Of a stretch of DNA of 64,000 nucleotides, positions 29,001-38,292 are shown one piece after another. Origin of the DNA: Candidatus Omnitrophota bacterium. GTDB taxonomy: Bacteria > Omnitrophota > Gorgyraeia > Zapsychrales > JANLHA01. The DNA is taken from positions 15,411 through 79,410 of the forward strand of contig JAKQKX010000073.1 of the NCBI GenBank assembly GCA_029560465.1, written 5' to 3'. Under the pieces are notes generated by a model. It made no database searches. It had not been told where the DNA came from and saw only the letters and a list, made by a program, of their open reading frames with translations. Both the position numbers and the translations under genes were made by a program. The number at the start of each line of letters is the position of its first letter. Position 1 is the first letter of the stretch.

Positions 29001-29675
29001 TTATAAGGCCCCAGCTACCTCTAAAATATTTAATTTATCATTTTCCCGCAGCGGCGTGATCCCCCGCAGAATAACGATGTCCCCTTCCTGCAATCCTTGA
29101 TCGATAATGGCGCCATAGCCATTGCGCTGCTTGATGACAACGCGCCTCTTGTAAGCGCGATCATTTTTCGCGATCCACAAAACATTTTGATCCCCCTGCC
29201 GGTCAACGGCTGAGTTCGGCACGCAGATAACCCCGGAGACGAAACCCGTCTTGATATACGCGATAACAGGCTGCTGAGTTGCCTTGCTCCGGTTTTTAAA
29301 GGAAAGCGTGACTCGAAACATGCCCGAGTTTATGTCCAACCCTTCGTCCACGGCGGCAACCGTCCCCTGGATTTTTTCACCACCTTCCATAATATAAAAA
29401 GGCTGGCCCGGCTGCAATTTCACGCGGATCGACCGGGGAACATACGCTTCATAGGTATTTCCGGAATGTTGGACAACGGATATCTTCGTATACAAATCAA
29501 CCGTGCTTTTTACGGCTTTAGCAACAACAACCGGTTTCCCTTTTTCCTGCCACTCGGAGAAAGTGCTGATCGTCTTGAGGCTTCGCCGGGCCTTGATAGC
29601 GCTCTGTTTCATCACCGTTGCACAAACAAACACAATGACGCCGGCAAGACAAACTAAGAGCATTCTTTTACTCAT
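29001..29675 (-). CDS. Short RND periplasmic adaptor (membrane fusion protein)
   Basis: N-terminal TM, beta-barrel motif G.V..V...D..SG.F.V, VP..AV and GL..GD.V...G; position between TolC and RND genes. Confidence 0.8.
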   Translation of the reverse strand: MSKRMLLVCLAGVIVFVCATVMKQSAIKARRSLKTISTFSEWQEKGKPVVVAKAVKSTVDLYTKISVVQHSGNTYEAYVPRSIRVKLQPGQPFYIMEGGEKIQGTVAAVDEGLDINSGMFRVTLSFKNRSKATQQPVIAYIKTGFVSGVICVPNSAVDRQGDQNVLWIAKNDRAYKRRVVIKQRNGYGAIIDQGLQEGDIVILRGITPLRENDKLNILEVAGAL

Positions 29676-30993
29676 GGGGCGACTCCTTTAAAGCCAGCCT
29701 TTCAACAAGGGCTACTGTCATGTTCAGATTGAACAGTGTTATTTCCTTGTTTATTTTCGCGTTCGTCAACTGGAGTTCGGAATCGTTCAAGTCCGTCAAA
29801 GACACTTGCCCGGAGCCAAACAGTTCCTGGCTATACAAAAACGCCTCTTCGGCCAGGCGCACGGCGTCCTCATTCGCTTCCAAAGTTTTTAAATATTCTC
29901 TGTATTCGGAAATAGCCTTGTCTAATAATAACAGGTATTTTTCTCGGCCTTTCGCGTATTGCAGCTCCGCATCCTCTTTATCTAATTTTGCCTGACGCAA
30001 TTTTTCTCGATCCATTCCTCCCACCCAAACAGGAACAGTCACTTTAAGGCCGGCCACCCCGTAATCATCCAAATTATCCTTACCAATATAACAATCATCC
30101 CCGTCCCCTTTATGATTCCAGGTGGCAAAAGCGGATATCTCCGGGAAGAGGGTTGCCTTTTTAGACTTGATCGAAGCTTCTTTTTCTTTGATCATTTCAA
30201 CCAAGGCCTTGATGGCGGGCTGATTCTTGTACAAAGCCAAGGCCAAGTCCTCCCTGTCGAATTCTTGGAACTCCTGAAGAAAGCCATCAACAAGCTCAAC
30301 GTTATCCCCTGCCGCAGCGCCGATCGCCACTTTCAACGTCTCGAGTGTTGAAATAAAATTAGCGCGGGCGTTGTTTACCGTGGGCAGACGCGAGGAAATA
30401 TCCGCTGATATTTTAATATTGTCGTATTTTGAAACCCGCCCTTGCGCGCTGCGGTCTTCTAATATGTTTTTGTTCTGTTTGGCATTCTCATAAGACTCCT
30501 CTGAAATCTCCAAAATCTTCTTCGCAAGCAATGTGTTAAAATAACAAAACTTTGTATTATAAACGATGTCCTGTCTCGTGCTTTCTTTATTAAAACGGCT
30601 GGCGTCAACCGCTTTTTTAGCGGCGGAAACCGCGTTCGAAATCCTGCCAAAGGTAAAAAGCGTCTGCGATAAAGTCAGCCCGGAATCCACATAATATTCC
30701 CTGGTCGCAGCCGTGGTCGCGATATCAGGGTATTCAAAATTGTTAGACCACACCACCTGCCCGATGACTGTCGGCCGGGCATAGGAGCGCTCTTCTTGTT
30801 GTTTGGATATATTTCTTAAAATTTCATTTTCGCTTATCTTGAGGTCTTCACTGGCTTCAAAAGCCATGGAAATCGCGGTCGGGATGGTTAGCTTAATCGT
30901 TTTTCCCGCTGTGGCTGTCGGCACAAAAACAAGGACAAAAACCCATAACAGAAATGCGCTCTTTAAAAAAATTAATCCTTTCATCATTCTCAT
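29668..30993 (-). CDS. TolC-family outer membrane efflux protein
   Basis: Signal peptide, two OEP repeats (L.Q.LFTFGR; V.VPVW.GG; G.VS..D). Confidence 0.9.
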   Translation of the reverse strand: MRMMKGLIFLKSAFLLWVFVLVFVPTATAGKTIKLTIPTAISMAFEASEDLKISENEILRNISKQQEERSYARPTVIGQVVWSNNFEYPDIATTAATREYYVDSGLTLSQTLFTFGRISNAVSAAKKAVDASRFNKESTRQDIVYNTKFCYFNTLLAKKILEISEESYENAKQNKNILEDRSAQGRVSKYDNIKISADISSRLPTVNNARANFISTLETLKVAIGAAAGDNVELVDGFLQEFQEFDREDLALALYKNQPAIKALVEMIKEKEASIKSKKATLFPEISAFATWNHKGDGDDCYIGKDNLDDYGVAGLKVTVPVWVGGMDREKLRQAKLDKEDAELQYAKGREKYLLLLDKAISEYREYLKTLEANEDAVRLAEEAFLYSQELFGSGQVSLTDLNDSELQLTNAKINKEITLFNLNMTVALVERLALKESPHE

Positions 30994-30994
30994 T

Positions 30995-31654
30995 TTAAGG
31001 GGCTCCTACGGCCTTCCATAATAAGGAAAGCTGGGATCGATAAAATTGTTTAATCCTGCCAAAATTTTCAATATCAATGGCTAACGGAATGCCTACCAAA
31101 ATCGCCAAGAGCGTCAACGCGACATCTTCTGCCTTTATATCATTTTTGATTTCCTTTTTTTTCTTCGCTTCCTTAACCAAGGACAAAAACAGGTCTTCCA
31201 AAGATTGAACAGGAACGCCCTCGATCCCCTCACATGCAGGGTGGGCATAAAACTTCTCCGCGGGGGTAATCATTATTTCTTTCGGCTTTTTTCTCTCGGC
31301 AGTAAAAAGGGATATGATTTCAAAAAACAAATAAGGCTGTTCTATTTCTTTCGCGATGCTATCAAAAGTGAATTCTATGAGCTTTTGCGGACTCATGCCT
31401 GCGGAATTCTCCCGGATTTCATAGGATATTTTAAGGCTGACGATTTGCTGATAATAAGAAACGACATCCGCTTTTTGCGGGAAATAATTAAAGAAGGTCG
31501 CTTCTGAAACCTCAACGCTTTCGCAAACCTCTTTAATAGATATCTCGTTGAAACGCACTTTCTTAAGCCGCTCAATAAAGGCGTTGGTTAAAGCGATCTT
31601 GGTTTTCGCGTATTTTTTTTCCCGAAGAGAGTACTTTTTATTAAAAGCGTCCAT
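30995..31654 (-). CDS. TetR/AcrR-family transcriptional regulator
   Basis: HTH ISIKEVCESVEVSEATFFNYFPQK; start set at ATG 31654 because the longer ORF runs through the promoter. Confidence 0.9.
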   Translation of the reverse strand: MDAFNKKYSLREKKYAKTKIALTNAFIERLKKVRFNEISIKEVCESVEVSEATFFNYFPQKADVVSYYQQIVSLKISYEIRENSAGMSPQKLIEFTFDSIAKEIEQPYLFFEIISLFTAERKKPKEIMITPAEKFYAHPACEGIEGVPVQSLEDLFLSLVKEAKKKKEIKNDIKAEDVALTLLAILVGIPLAIDIENFGRIKQFYRSQLSLLWKAVGAP

Positions 31655-31676
31655 GGCCCGGTCCTTTGTCCTATAA

Positions 31677-31735
31677 AATATAGCACTCTTTATTTCCATG
31701 TCAAGCTATATTTTTTTAGTACACTATAAAAATAT
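31677..31735 (-). promoter_or_regulatory. Sigma70 promoter and adjacent inverted repeat (probable TetR operator)
   Basis: TTGACA (31704-31699)-N16-TATATT with TGn; inverted repeat 31708-31735 ATATTTTTTTAGT-ac-ACTATAAAAATAT (13-bp arms, one mismatch). Confidence 0.65.
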
Positions 31736-31827
31736 TTCAAGAGGGGCTGGCTGGCCGTACCAGGAACGTCGCCAACTATATGTGCGGGAATGGAGAAAAA
31801 ACTTTTGGTCAAATAAGAAAAGGTCTC

Positions 31828-33270
31828 TCAATCATTTTTGATAAAGGTGCGCCTCAAGGAATCTTTTAACCGGCCTCTGCGGTGTTCCCGGACAAGAACG
31901 CTGGCGATCAAACGCGGCCCGGCCAAGAGGAGCGAAAGCCCCTCTTTCAAGGTAAAAAACTTGACGATAAAAAGATTCTTCCAGAGAATCCTCGCATATC
32001 GGCCTGGGGTATAAAAAGCATACTTGATCTTTTTGCCGATCTTTTTCAATGCCGCCGAACTATACTTATCAGAATAAAGTTCCCCCCGCTCCGTCACATG
32101 ATAACCCGGCGTTTTTTCAGCAAGTGTTCTTAGTGAAGAAAATTTCTCGATCCGCAGTTTATTGCAGGAAATCGCATCCACCCCGATTTCCCTGGCGAAC
32201 GGAGCGATGAACAACATTTCTTCTTCTGTTTCTCCGATATTTCCATAAATAAAATAGCCGTTGGAAAGGATCGGATATGTCCTAAGGACGGAAAAAGCCT
32301 TTCTGATCGTGGCCTGATCAAACCCTTTGTCCAATTGCTTAAGAATCCTGTCGTGCGGAGATTCGATCCCGATGAGAAGCGCTTTAAATCCCGCGTTAAC
32401 CATTTTCTCCAATAACTGCGGGTGTTTCGCGATATCGAGTCTGGACTGGGCAATAAAACGCTTCTTGATTTTCCGTTTGATAAGCAAATCACAAATCTCC
32501 TCCGTCCGCTTTGGATTGGTAAAAAGATTGTCGTCACTCAACATAATCACCTTGGCGGTTAATCCCGCGATCTCATCAACGACCGAGGCGACGTCGCGCT
32601 CAGCATAAGTTCTTTTTTGTCCCAAAGGGTTCAAACTGAACGTGCAAAATTTGCAATTAAAGGGGCACCCTCGGGCGCTTAAAACAGTATCAAAGGAGAG
32701 CCCCGCAATTGGGATGCCGTTAACCAGAAGGCGATAATCATTGCGCCTGAGCGCGCGGTCCGGGGGAACCAACTCATTGACATCCGCAAGGGGCCGGATG
32801 GAATTATGCCTGATCCGATCATCTTCCCGGTAAGATATTCCAAGAACATCCTTTAAGGCGGTCCCTTTTAAAATTTCCTGGGTAGTTCTTTCGCCCTCGC
32901 CCCGGACGATGATATCGATGCGCGGGCAAGCCGTGAAGAACTCTTCGACTTTCTCGGTGGCGGTATACCCTCCAACAATCAGGGGGATATTCTCCGGCAG
33001 ATGGTTCAGCAATTGAAAAATTTCATCGAGTTGGCGGTCCCAGCCAACGGTCACGAAAACGATATCAACCTGGTTTTCAATAAAACGCATCAAGGGCCCA
33101 GGCTCGGACAACTCTTTTTCATACCTCAAGTCAAGAAGCGTAATCTTTTCAACAAGTCCTTTAGCGCTGGTGGCGACATATTCGAGACCCGTCGGCGGGA
33201 AGAGCATCATTGTGCTGGTGGCACTGCTCTCGACATAAGGATTTAGGAATAAGGCGTGCTGATATTTAAT
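31828..33270 (-). CDS. Cobalamin-binding (B12-dependent) radical SAM protein
   Basis: PPTGLEY, VGGYTAT, RGEGE, SARGCPFNCKFC, DDN, IGIES; reading frame continues upstream of ATG 33210 with ALFLNPY, suggesting an ATT start at 33270. Confidence 0.9.
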   Translation of the reverse strand: MKYQHALFLNPYVESSATSTMMLFPPTGLEYVATSAKGLVEKITLLDLRYEKELSEPGPLMRFIENQVDIVFVTVGWDRQLDEIFQLLNHLPENIPLIVGGYTATEKVEEFFTACPRIDIIVRGEGERTTQEILKGTALKDVLGISYREDDRIRHNSIRPLADVNELVPPDRALRRNDYRLLVNGIPIAGLSFDTVLSARGCPFNCKFCTFSLNPLGQKRTYAERDVASVVDEIAGLTAKVIMLSDDNLFTNPKRTEEICDLLIKRKIKKRFIAQSRLDIAKHPQLLEKMVNAGFKALLIGIESPHDRILKQLDKGFDQATIRKAFSVLRTYPILSNGYFIYGNIGETEEEMLFIAPFAREIGVDAISCNKLRIEKFSSLRTLAEKTPGYHVTERGELYSDKYSSAALKKIGKKIKYAFYTPGRYARILWKNLFIVKFFTLKEGLSLLLAGPRLIASVLVREHRRGRLKDSLRRTFIKND

Positions 33271-33730
33271 AATTGGCTCTCTTTTTGTTACGGAAAAAAT
33301 CTCTTTCGTTTCCCCGTTTTACGGCTCTATGTCTGTGTGGACATTTTATCATCAATAATAAATATATCCAATAAAAATGCTTCGATCTGTCGGGAGATTT
33401 TTGAAAATATTCATCCCTCCTTTGACGCGCCAAACAATAAAAACGCCTAAGGGGGCACCCTCTCCAAGGTTTTTCATGTCCGGACAAGACAAACACTTGC
33501 GTGATGATAAATTAAAAATCAACTTCTTTATAATCAACCTAGCAGCATGAAAGGGAAGGAGGCTATCTCTTCCCCCTCCGTATACGCAAAGACCGATTTT
33601 ATAGCTCGCGCTTTTAAAATTAGGCCTACCAATTCTTCGATCCCGGCAATACGCTACCCGCCGCCTTCATACGGACCAGCTTGAAATCAAAATGTTTATA
33701 GCTAAGGATTCTACTTCGCCGCTATCAGGT

Positions 33731-33760
33731 AAAAAAAAGCCCTTCTGATTAAGAAGGGCT
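33731..33760 (-). terminator. Intrinsic terminator after tRNA-Gln
   Basis: Minus strand AGCCCTTCT-taatc-AGAAGGGCT followed by a T run. Confidence 0.8.
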
Positions 33761-33804
33761 CTGCCTTGCCGGTCGCGGGCGATGGTTCGCCTTACCGTCA
33801 ACTA

Positions 33805-33879
33805 TGGCTGCCCCGTCTGGACTCGAACCAGAAATGCTTGATCCAGAGTCAAGTGTGTTACCAATTACACCACAGGGCA
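33805..33879 (-). tRNA. tRNA-Gln (CTG)
   Basis: TGCCCTG acceptor stem, anticodon arm CTTGA-CTCTGGA-TCAAG, GGTTCGAGTCC, encoded CCA. Confidence 0.96.
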
Positions 33880-33915
33880 AAAGCGCGTTTTCGCTGCCAT
33901 GTTCAAAAACGCTCA

Positions 33916-34053
33916 CTACATATGTTTGTGAAGCTCTTCATCCATCCATTTATCCGTCTTGTCGACTGAATCGCTCGCCGTCTGGCATCCGCTCAACGCC
34001 ATGCCTAGACAGGCGATAAAAACGAAAAAGACAATCGTTTTCTTTCCGGACAT
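33916..34053 (-). CDS. Small 45-aa lipoprotein (below the ORF-track cutoff)
   Basis: MSGKKTIVFFVFIACLGMALSGCQTASDSVDKTDKWMDEELHKHM; lipobox LSGC; RBS GAGGTG. Confidence 0.8.
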   Translation of the reverse strand: MSGKKTIVFFVFIACLGMALSGCQTASDSVDKTDKWMDEELHKHM

Positions 34054-34066
34054 ACTCACCTCTTTG

Positions 34067-35344
34067 TCAAATGTGAACCTTTTGTGTCAACCGCTGCACG
34101 GTCTTTTCTCGGCCGATCAGGGCCATTGTCTCGAAAAGACCTGGGCCGACCGTTTTGCCCGTGAGAAGAATCCTCACCGGATGAACAAGGTCAGATGCGG
34201 GAATCCCAATATCCGCTACCACTTCGCGAAAGGCGCGCTCCACCGTTTCCACCGAAAACTCAGAAAGAGCCGCTAATCTCCCCGCCAAAGCGGCAATATT
34301 GCCGTCCTGCCTGCTCTCCTTCAAGCGGCTCAACGCTTCCTCTTCAAAAGAAACAGGGTCTTTAAACAAAAAGTCCGCACGGGCTAAAAAATCACACAAA
34401 GTCGGCATGCGGCTTTGATACAATTCTACACTAGTTTCTAATTTTTTCCTATCATATTTCTCGCCTAAATAACCCTTCTCCTCAAGAAAAGGGATTAACA
34501 GGTCTGTTATCTTTTCGGGGGCGGACTGCTTGATATATTGCGCATTAAGCCACGTCAGCTTTTCCAAAGAAAATATCGCCGGGGATTTCTGAACCTGCTT
34601 GATGGAAAATTTCTTTACCGCCGCGTCCAGGCCGATCTTTTCCTGGTTATTGCCCGGCGACCAGCCTAGCAGCAGCAAATAATTCACCAACGCTTCCGGA
34701 AGGAAGCCCTGCCTTTTATAATCCGTGACCGCGACCGCCCCGGTCCGTTTAGACAAACGGCCGCCGTCTTCTCCCATGATCAGCGGCAGGTGCGCAAACT
34801 TTGGCGGCTTCAAGCCCAAGGCCTGATACATGACCAGCTGCTTGGGAGTGTTGGAAATATGGTCGTCCCCCCGGATAACATGGGTAATGCCCATGAGGGC
34901 GTCATCAACAACACAGGCAAAGCTGTATGTCGGGGACCCGTCGGATTTCAGGAGGACTTCGTCCTTCATCAGCGCGGCGTCAAAAACAATCTCCCCCCGG
35001 ATGAGGTCAAACAATTTAATTTCCTGCTGCGGCATGGTTAAAATAACCGCTGGCCCCTCTTCATAAGCCTTGCCCTCTTGTACAAGTTTGCGGGCCTGTT
35101 CCCGGTAAATATCGAACCGGTCCGACTGCTTGTACAGCTCATCCCATTGAAGCCCCAGCCATGTCATGCTTTGAAGAATTTCTTCTAAATAAATATCCCG
35201 CGACCGCTCCCGGTCCGTGTCTTCGATGCGCAAGACAAAAATCCCGCCCTGGGCTTTGGCATAAAGCCAGTTAAAAAGCGCCGTGCGGGCGCCTCCGATA
35301 TGAAGGTATCCCGTGGGGCTGGGGGCAAACCGAACTTTCACCAT
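34067..35344 (-). CDS. gltX: Glutamate--tRNA ligase (short form)
   Basis: RFAPSPTGYLHIG, LRIEDTD, ITHVIRGDDH, RLSKR; the zinc-binding segment appears deleted. Confidence 0.95.
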   Translation of the reverse strand: MVKVRFAPSPTGYLHIGGARTALFNWLYAKAQGGIFVLRIEDTDRERSRDIYLEEILQSMTWLGLQWDELYKQSDRFDIYREQARKLVQEGKAYEEGPAVILTMPQQEIKLFDLIRGEIVFDAALMKDEVLLKSDGSPTYSFACVVDDALMGITHVIRGDDHISNTPKQLVMYQALGLKPPKFAHLPLIMGEDGGRLSKRTGAVAVTDYKRQGFLPEALVNYLLLLGWSPGNNQEKIGLDAAVKKFSIKQVQKSPAIFSLEKLTWLNAQYIKQSAPEKITDLLIPFLEEKGYLGEKYDRKKLETSVELYQSRMPTLCDFLARADFLFKDPVSFEEEALSRLKESRQDGNIAALAGRLAALSEFSVETVERAFREVVADIGIPASDLVHPVRILLTGKTVGPGLFETMALIGREKTVQRLTQKVHI

Positions 35345-35358
35345 AATAATTCCTTAAT

Positions 35359-35386
35359 AAAAAATTTTCTCCCCGAAGGGAGAAAA
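35359..35386 (-). terminator. Terminator-like hairpin between the PilZ gene and gltX
   Basis: Minus strand TTTTCTCCC-TTCG-GGGAGAAAA followed by TTTTTT. Confidence 0.55.
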
Positions 35387-35415
35387 AGCTTTAAAAAGAC
35401 AGCAAGCCGCAAACC

Positions 35416-35796
35416 CTATACGGTCATCTTTTGCGCAACTAATCTTTTCACAATAGCGTTTATACGCTCATACTGATCCGTGGGCAAATCGACAAACTCG
35501 ATGCCAAGGTCATAAAAAGAAGGCTTCTCCTGTTCAAAGTCTTTCCTTCGGACCGACCACACAACCTTCCCTTTACACACAAGATGTTCATTCAAATCCA
35601 GCATGTCCAGCTCTACCTCAACCGGCGCAAACATCTTGATATTATTTTTTAAAATAACACAAATCCCCCCAATTCCGATGTTTTCCGTGTGCGTTAAAAA
35701 GACTTCCCTTTCTCCTTTATCATGACGGATCGTCACCAAACAAGGATACATAACCCGGGGGAATTTTCGCCGATTAATTCCATCCCAAGCGCTCAT
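35416..35796 (-). CDS. PilZ-domain protein
   Basis: RRKFPR (RxxxR), NIGIGG, G.VVW, GIEF. Confidence 0.88.
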   Translation of the reverse strand: MSAWDGINRRKFPRVMYPCLVTIRHDKGEREVFLTHTENIGIGGICVILKNNIKMFAPVEVELDMLDLNEHLVCKGKVVWSVRRKDFEQEKPSFYDLGIEFVDLPTDQYERINAIVKRLVAQKMTV

Positions 35797-36587
35797 GGAA
35801 GGCTCCTTTGTAAACGTGTAATGTCTGTGGCTTTACCGCTTTGGACATCTATTTCGACCAAAACACCGGACAACCACGGGTTGCCCTTGGCAACTTCAAA
35901 CCGCTCCGGGATTCCTGTTAAAAACCTTCGAATAATTTTCTGCGTATCCTGCCCAATCACCGAATCATACGGCCCGGTCATGCCCAGATCCGTAATATAC
36001 GCGGTGCCTTGAGGAAGAATCGTGTCGTCCGCAGTTTGAATGTGCGTGTGCGTCCCAAAAACCAGGGAAGCTTTCCCTTCCGCAAACTTTCCAAAAGCAA
36101 CTTTCTCGCTGGTCGCTTCCGCATGAAAATCAACGATCACAACCGAAGTCTCTTCCTGAATCGAACCCAGCAGACGTTCAAAAGCGCGAAACGGGCAGTC
36201 CACATTATAACGCATAAAAACCCGCCCTAAAAGATTTATTATAGCCGCCTTTTCTCCCGAGGTGGTCTGAACAACACACCAACCTTTTCCCGGAACGCCT
36301 TCCGGAAGATTGGCCGGACGGAGAATTTTGGGGTTCTCCTTCAGGTATTCCATGAGTTCAACCCGGTCCCAGACATGGTCGCCGAGGGTCAGAACGTCAC
36401 ACCCGTAAGAAAACAGCTGCGACGCAATTTTAGGTGTCAGGCCCGAGCCTCCCGCCGCATTTTCCGCGTTCACGACCACCAAATCGAGAGCGAACTCTTC
36501 TTTCAATTTCGGAAGCAATTCATGCAGCAGGGTTCGGCCGGCTTTCCCAACGACATCTCCCACACATAGAATTTTCATAATCCCCAC
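35793..36587 (-). CDS. ymdB: YmdB-family metallophosphoesterase
   Basis: GDVVG, NAENAAGG.G, DFHAEATSEK, GTHTHIQTAD, DLGMTGP; follows rny. Confidence 0.95.
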   Translation of the reverse strand: MGIMKILCVGDVVGKAGRTLLHELLPKLKEEFALDLVVVNAENAAGGSGLTPKIASQLFSYGCDVLTLGDHVWDRVELMEYLKENPKILRPANLPEGVPGKGWCVVQTTSGEKAAIINLLGRVFMRYNVDCPFRAFERLLGSIQEETSVVIVDFHAEATSEKVAFGKFAEGKASLVFGTHTHIQTADDTILPQGTAYITDLGMTGPYDSVIGQDTQKIIRRFLTGIPERFEVAKGNPWLSGVLVEIDVQSGKATDITRLQRSLP

Positions 36588-36637
36588 ACCGATTCCGCCC
36601 GGTCGTGACGACCGTTCTTTCCTTGCCGGCCGTTATT

Positions 36638-38209
36638 TTATTTGGCGTACTCAACCGCCCGGGTTTCCCGGACAACGATCACTTTAATTTGCCCCGGATA
36701 CTCCAGCTCCTGTTCAATGCGCTTACGGATATCCCGTGCAAGGACAATGGCTTCGTCATCGTTGATCTTCTCCGGGCTGACCATAATACGGATCTCGCGT
36801 CCCGCCTGCAAGGCGTACGCCTTATCAACGCCTTTAAATATATTCGCGATCTTTTCCAGGCTTTCCAGCCGTTTGACGTACGTTTCCAGCGTTTCCGCCC
36901 TGGCTCCCGGACGCGCTGCGCTAATGGCGTCGGCCGCGCAGAGAAGAACGCCGAAAAGGCTTTCGCTTTCGACCTCATCATGATGAGAGGCGATGGCGTT
37001 AACAATAATCTCGTTTTCACCGTATTTCCGGGCTAAATTCGCGCCAACAGTCGCGTGCGTCCCTTCTTCCACTTCCTGGGAAACAACTTTCCCGATATCA
37101 TGCAAAAGCCCAACCCGCACGGCAATCTTGACATCAATGTTCAGTTGCACCGCGATCAACCCCATCAGCCGGGCAACTTCCTTGGTATGAACAAGAGCGT
37201 TTTGGCCAAAACTGGTCCGGTATTTCAGCCGACCGACGAGCTTTAGCAGTTCCGGGTGCATTTCGTGAATCCCCAAATCAAAGGCAGCCTTGTCCCCCTC
37301 CTCTTTAATATGCTCTTCAATTTCCTTCTTGGCCTTTTCTACAACCTCCTCAATGCGTCCCGGATGAATGCGTCCGTCTGCGATTAATTTTTCCAACGCG
37401 ATACGGGCGATTTCCCGCCGCACCATATCAAATCCGGAAATCGTCACCGCCTCCGGAGTGTCATCAATAATAATATCCACCCCGGTCGCCATTTCTAACG
37501 TCCGGATATTGCGGCCTTCCCGCCCTATAATACGGCCTTTCATTTCATCGCTGGGCAGGGGGACAACACTGATCGTCGTTTCTGCCGTGTGATCCGAAGC
37601 GCACCGTTGGATCGCGGTGCCCACAATCTGCCGGGCTGTTTTTTCACAGGTGCTTTTTACCTCTTCTTCGGCCCTTCGGATCCTCGTCGCCTTTTCTTGG
37701 ACCAGCTCCTCATCCAACCGCGCTAACAATATTTGTTTGGCGTCCTCTTCGGTTAACGAAGAAATCTCCTGCAGCCGTTTCTTTTCCTCTTCAATAAGTT
37801 TAGCCAATTCTTCTCTTTTGTTCTTAATCGCGTCTTCTTCCTGCCTTAATGCGGCCACGCGGTTATTAATGTCCTTTTCTTTCTTTTCCAAAAGATCGAC
37901 CCGTTTATCTAAATTCTCTTCTTTCTGCAAAATCCTCTTTTCCGCCGAGGAAATTTCTTCCCGCCTTTCCTTGGTTTCCTTCTCAAAATCCTGCCTCAAC
38001 TTTAACATGAGGTCTTTACCCGCAAGTTCCGCCTCTTTTTTCCGGCTCTCGGCCTCCCTCTCCGCAAAAACAGTCAAATCCTTGGCCCGTTGTTCCGCTT
38101 GTTTTAACGTCTTGCTGGCAAAAAACGCTCTTAACAAATAACCGATAGCCAGCCCTACCAGAAAAAGCGTGGATAAAACCAAACTCTGCATTGTGACACT
38201 GTCAAACAT
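36638..38209 (-). CDS. rny: Ribonuclease Y
   Basis: TM, coiled coil, KH ([12 protein letters not shown]), HD (LLHDIGK), [14 protein letters not shown]. Confidence 0.98.
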   Translation of the reverse strand: MFDSVTMQSLVLSTLFLVGLAIGYLLRAFFASKTLKQAEQRAKDLTVFAEREAESRKKEAELAGKDLMLKLRQDFEKETKERREEISSAEKRILQKEENLDKRVDLLEKKEKDINNRVAALRQEEDAIKNKREELAKLIEEEKKRLQEISSLTEEDAKQILLARLDEELVQEKATRIRRAEEEVKSTCEKTARQIVGTAIQRCASDHTAETTISVVPLPSDEMKGRIIGREGRNIRTLEMATGVDIIIDDTPEAVTISGFDMVRREIARIALEKLIADGRIHPGRIEEVVEKAKKEIEEHIKEEGDKAAFDLGIHEMHPELLKLVGRLKYRTSFGQNALVHTKEVARLMGLIAVQLNIDVKIAVRVGLLHDIGKVVSQEVEEGTHATVGANLARKYGENEIIVNAIASHHDEVESESLFGVLLCAADAISAARPGARAETLETYVKRLESLEKIANIFKGVDKAYALQAGREIRIMVSPEKINDDEAIVLARDIRKRIEQELEYPGQIKVIVVRETRAVEYAK

Positions 38210-38292
38210 AGCACGTCTCCTTCTATTCCAGAGACAAGAAAAATCACTTGTCTCGCTAATTAGATACTGGGATTATTAGGCACAGCTTGGAT

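Noticed and set aside
33274-33730. Cobalamin riboswitch or small genes upstream of the B12-radical SAM gene
   Set aside because: No recognisable B12-box; short ORFs lack SDs and motifs. An Rfam search would be needed to exclude an RNA element
25899-33879. Genomic island integrated at tRNA-Gln
   Set aside because: No integrase, and no duplicated tRNA 3' end found by eye
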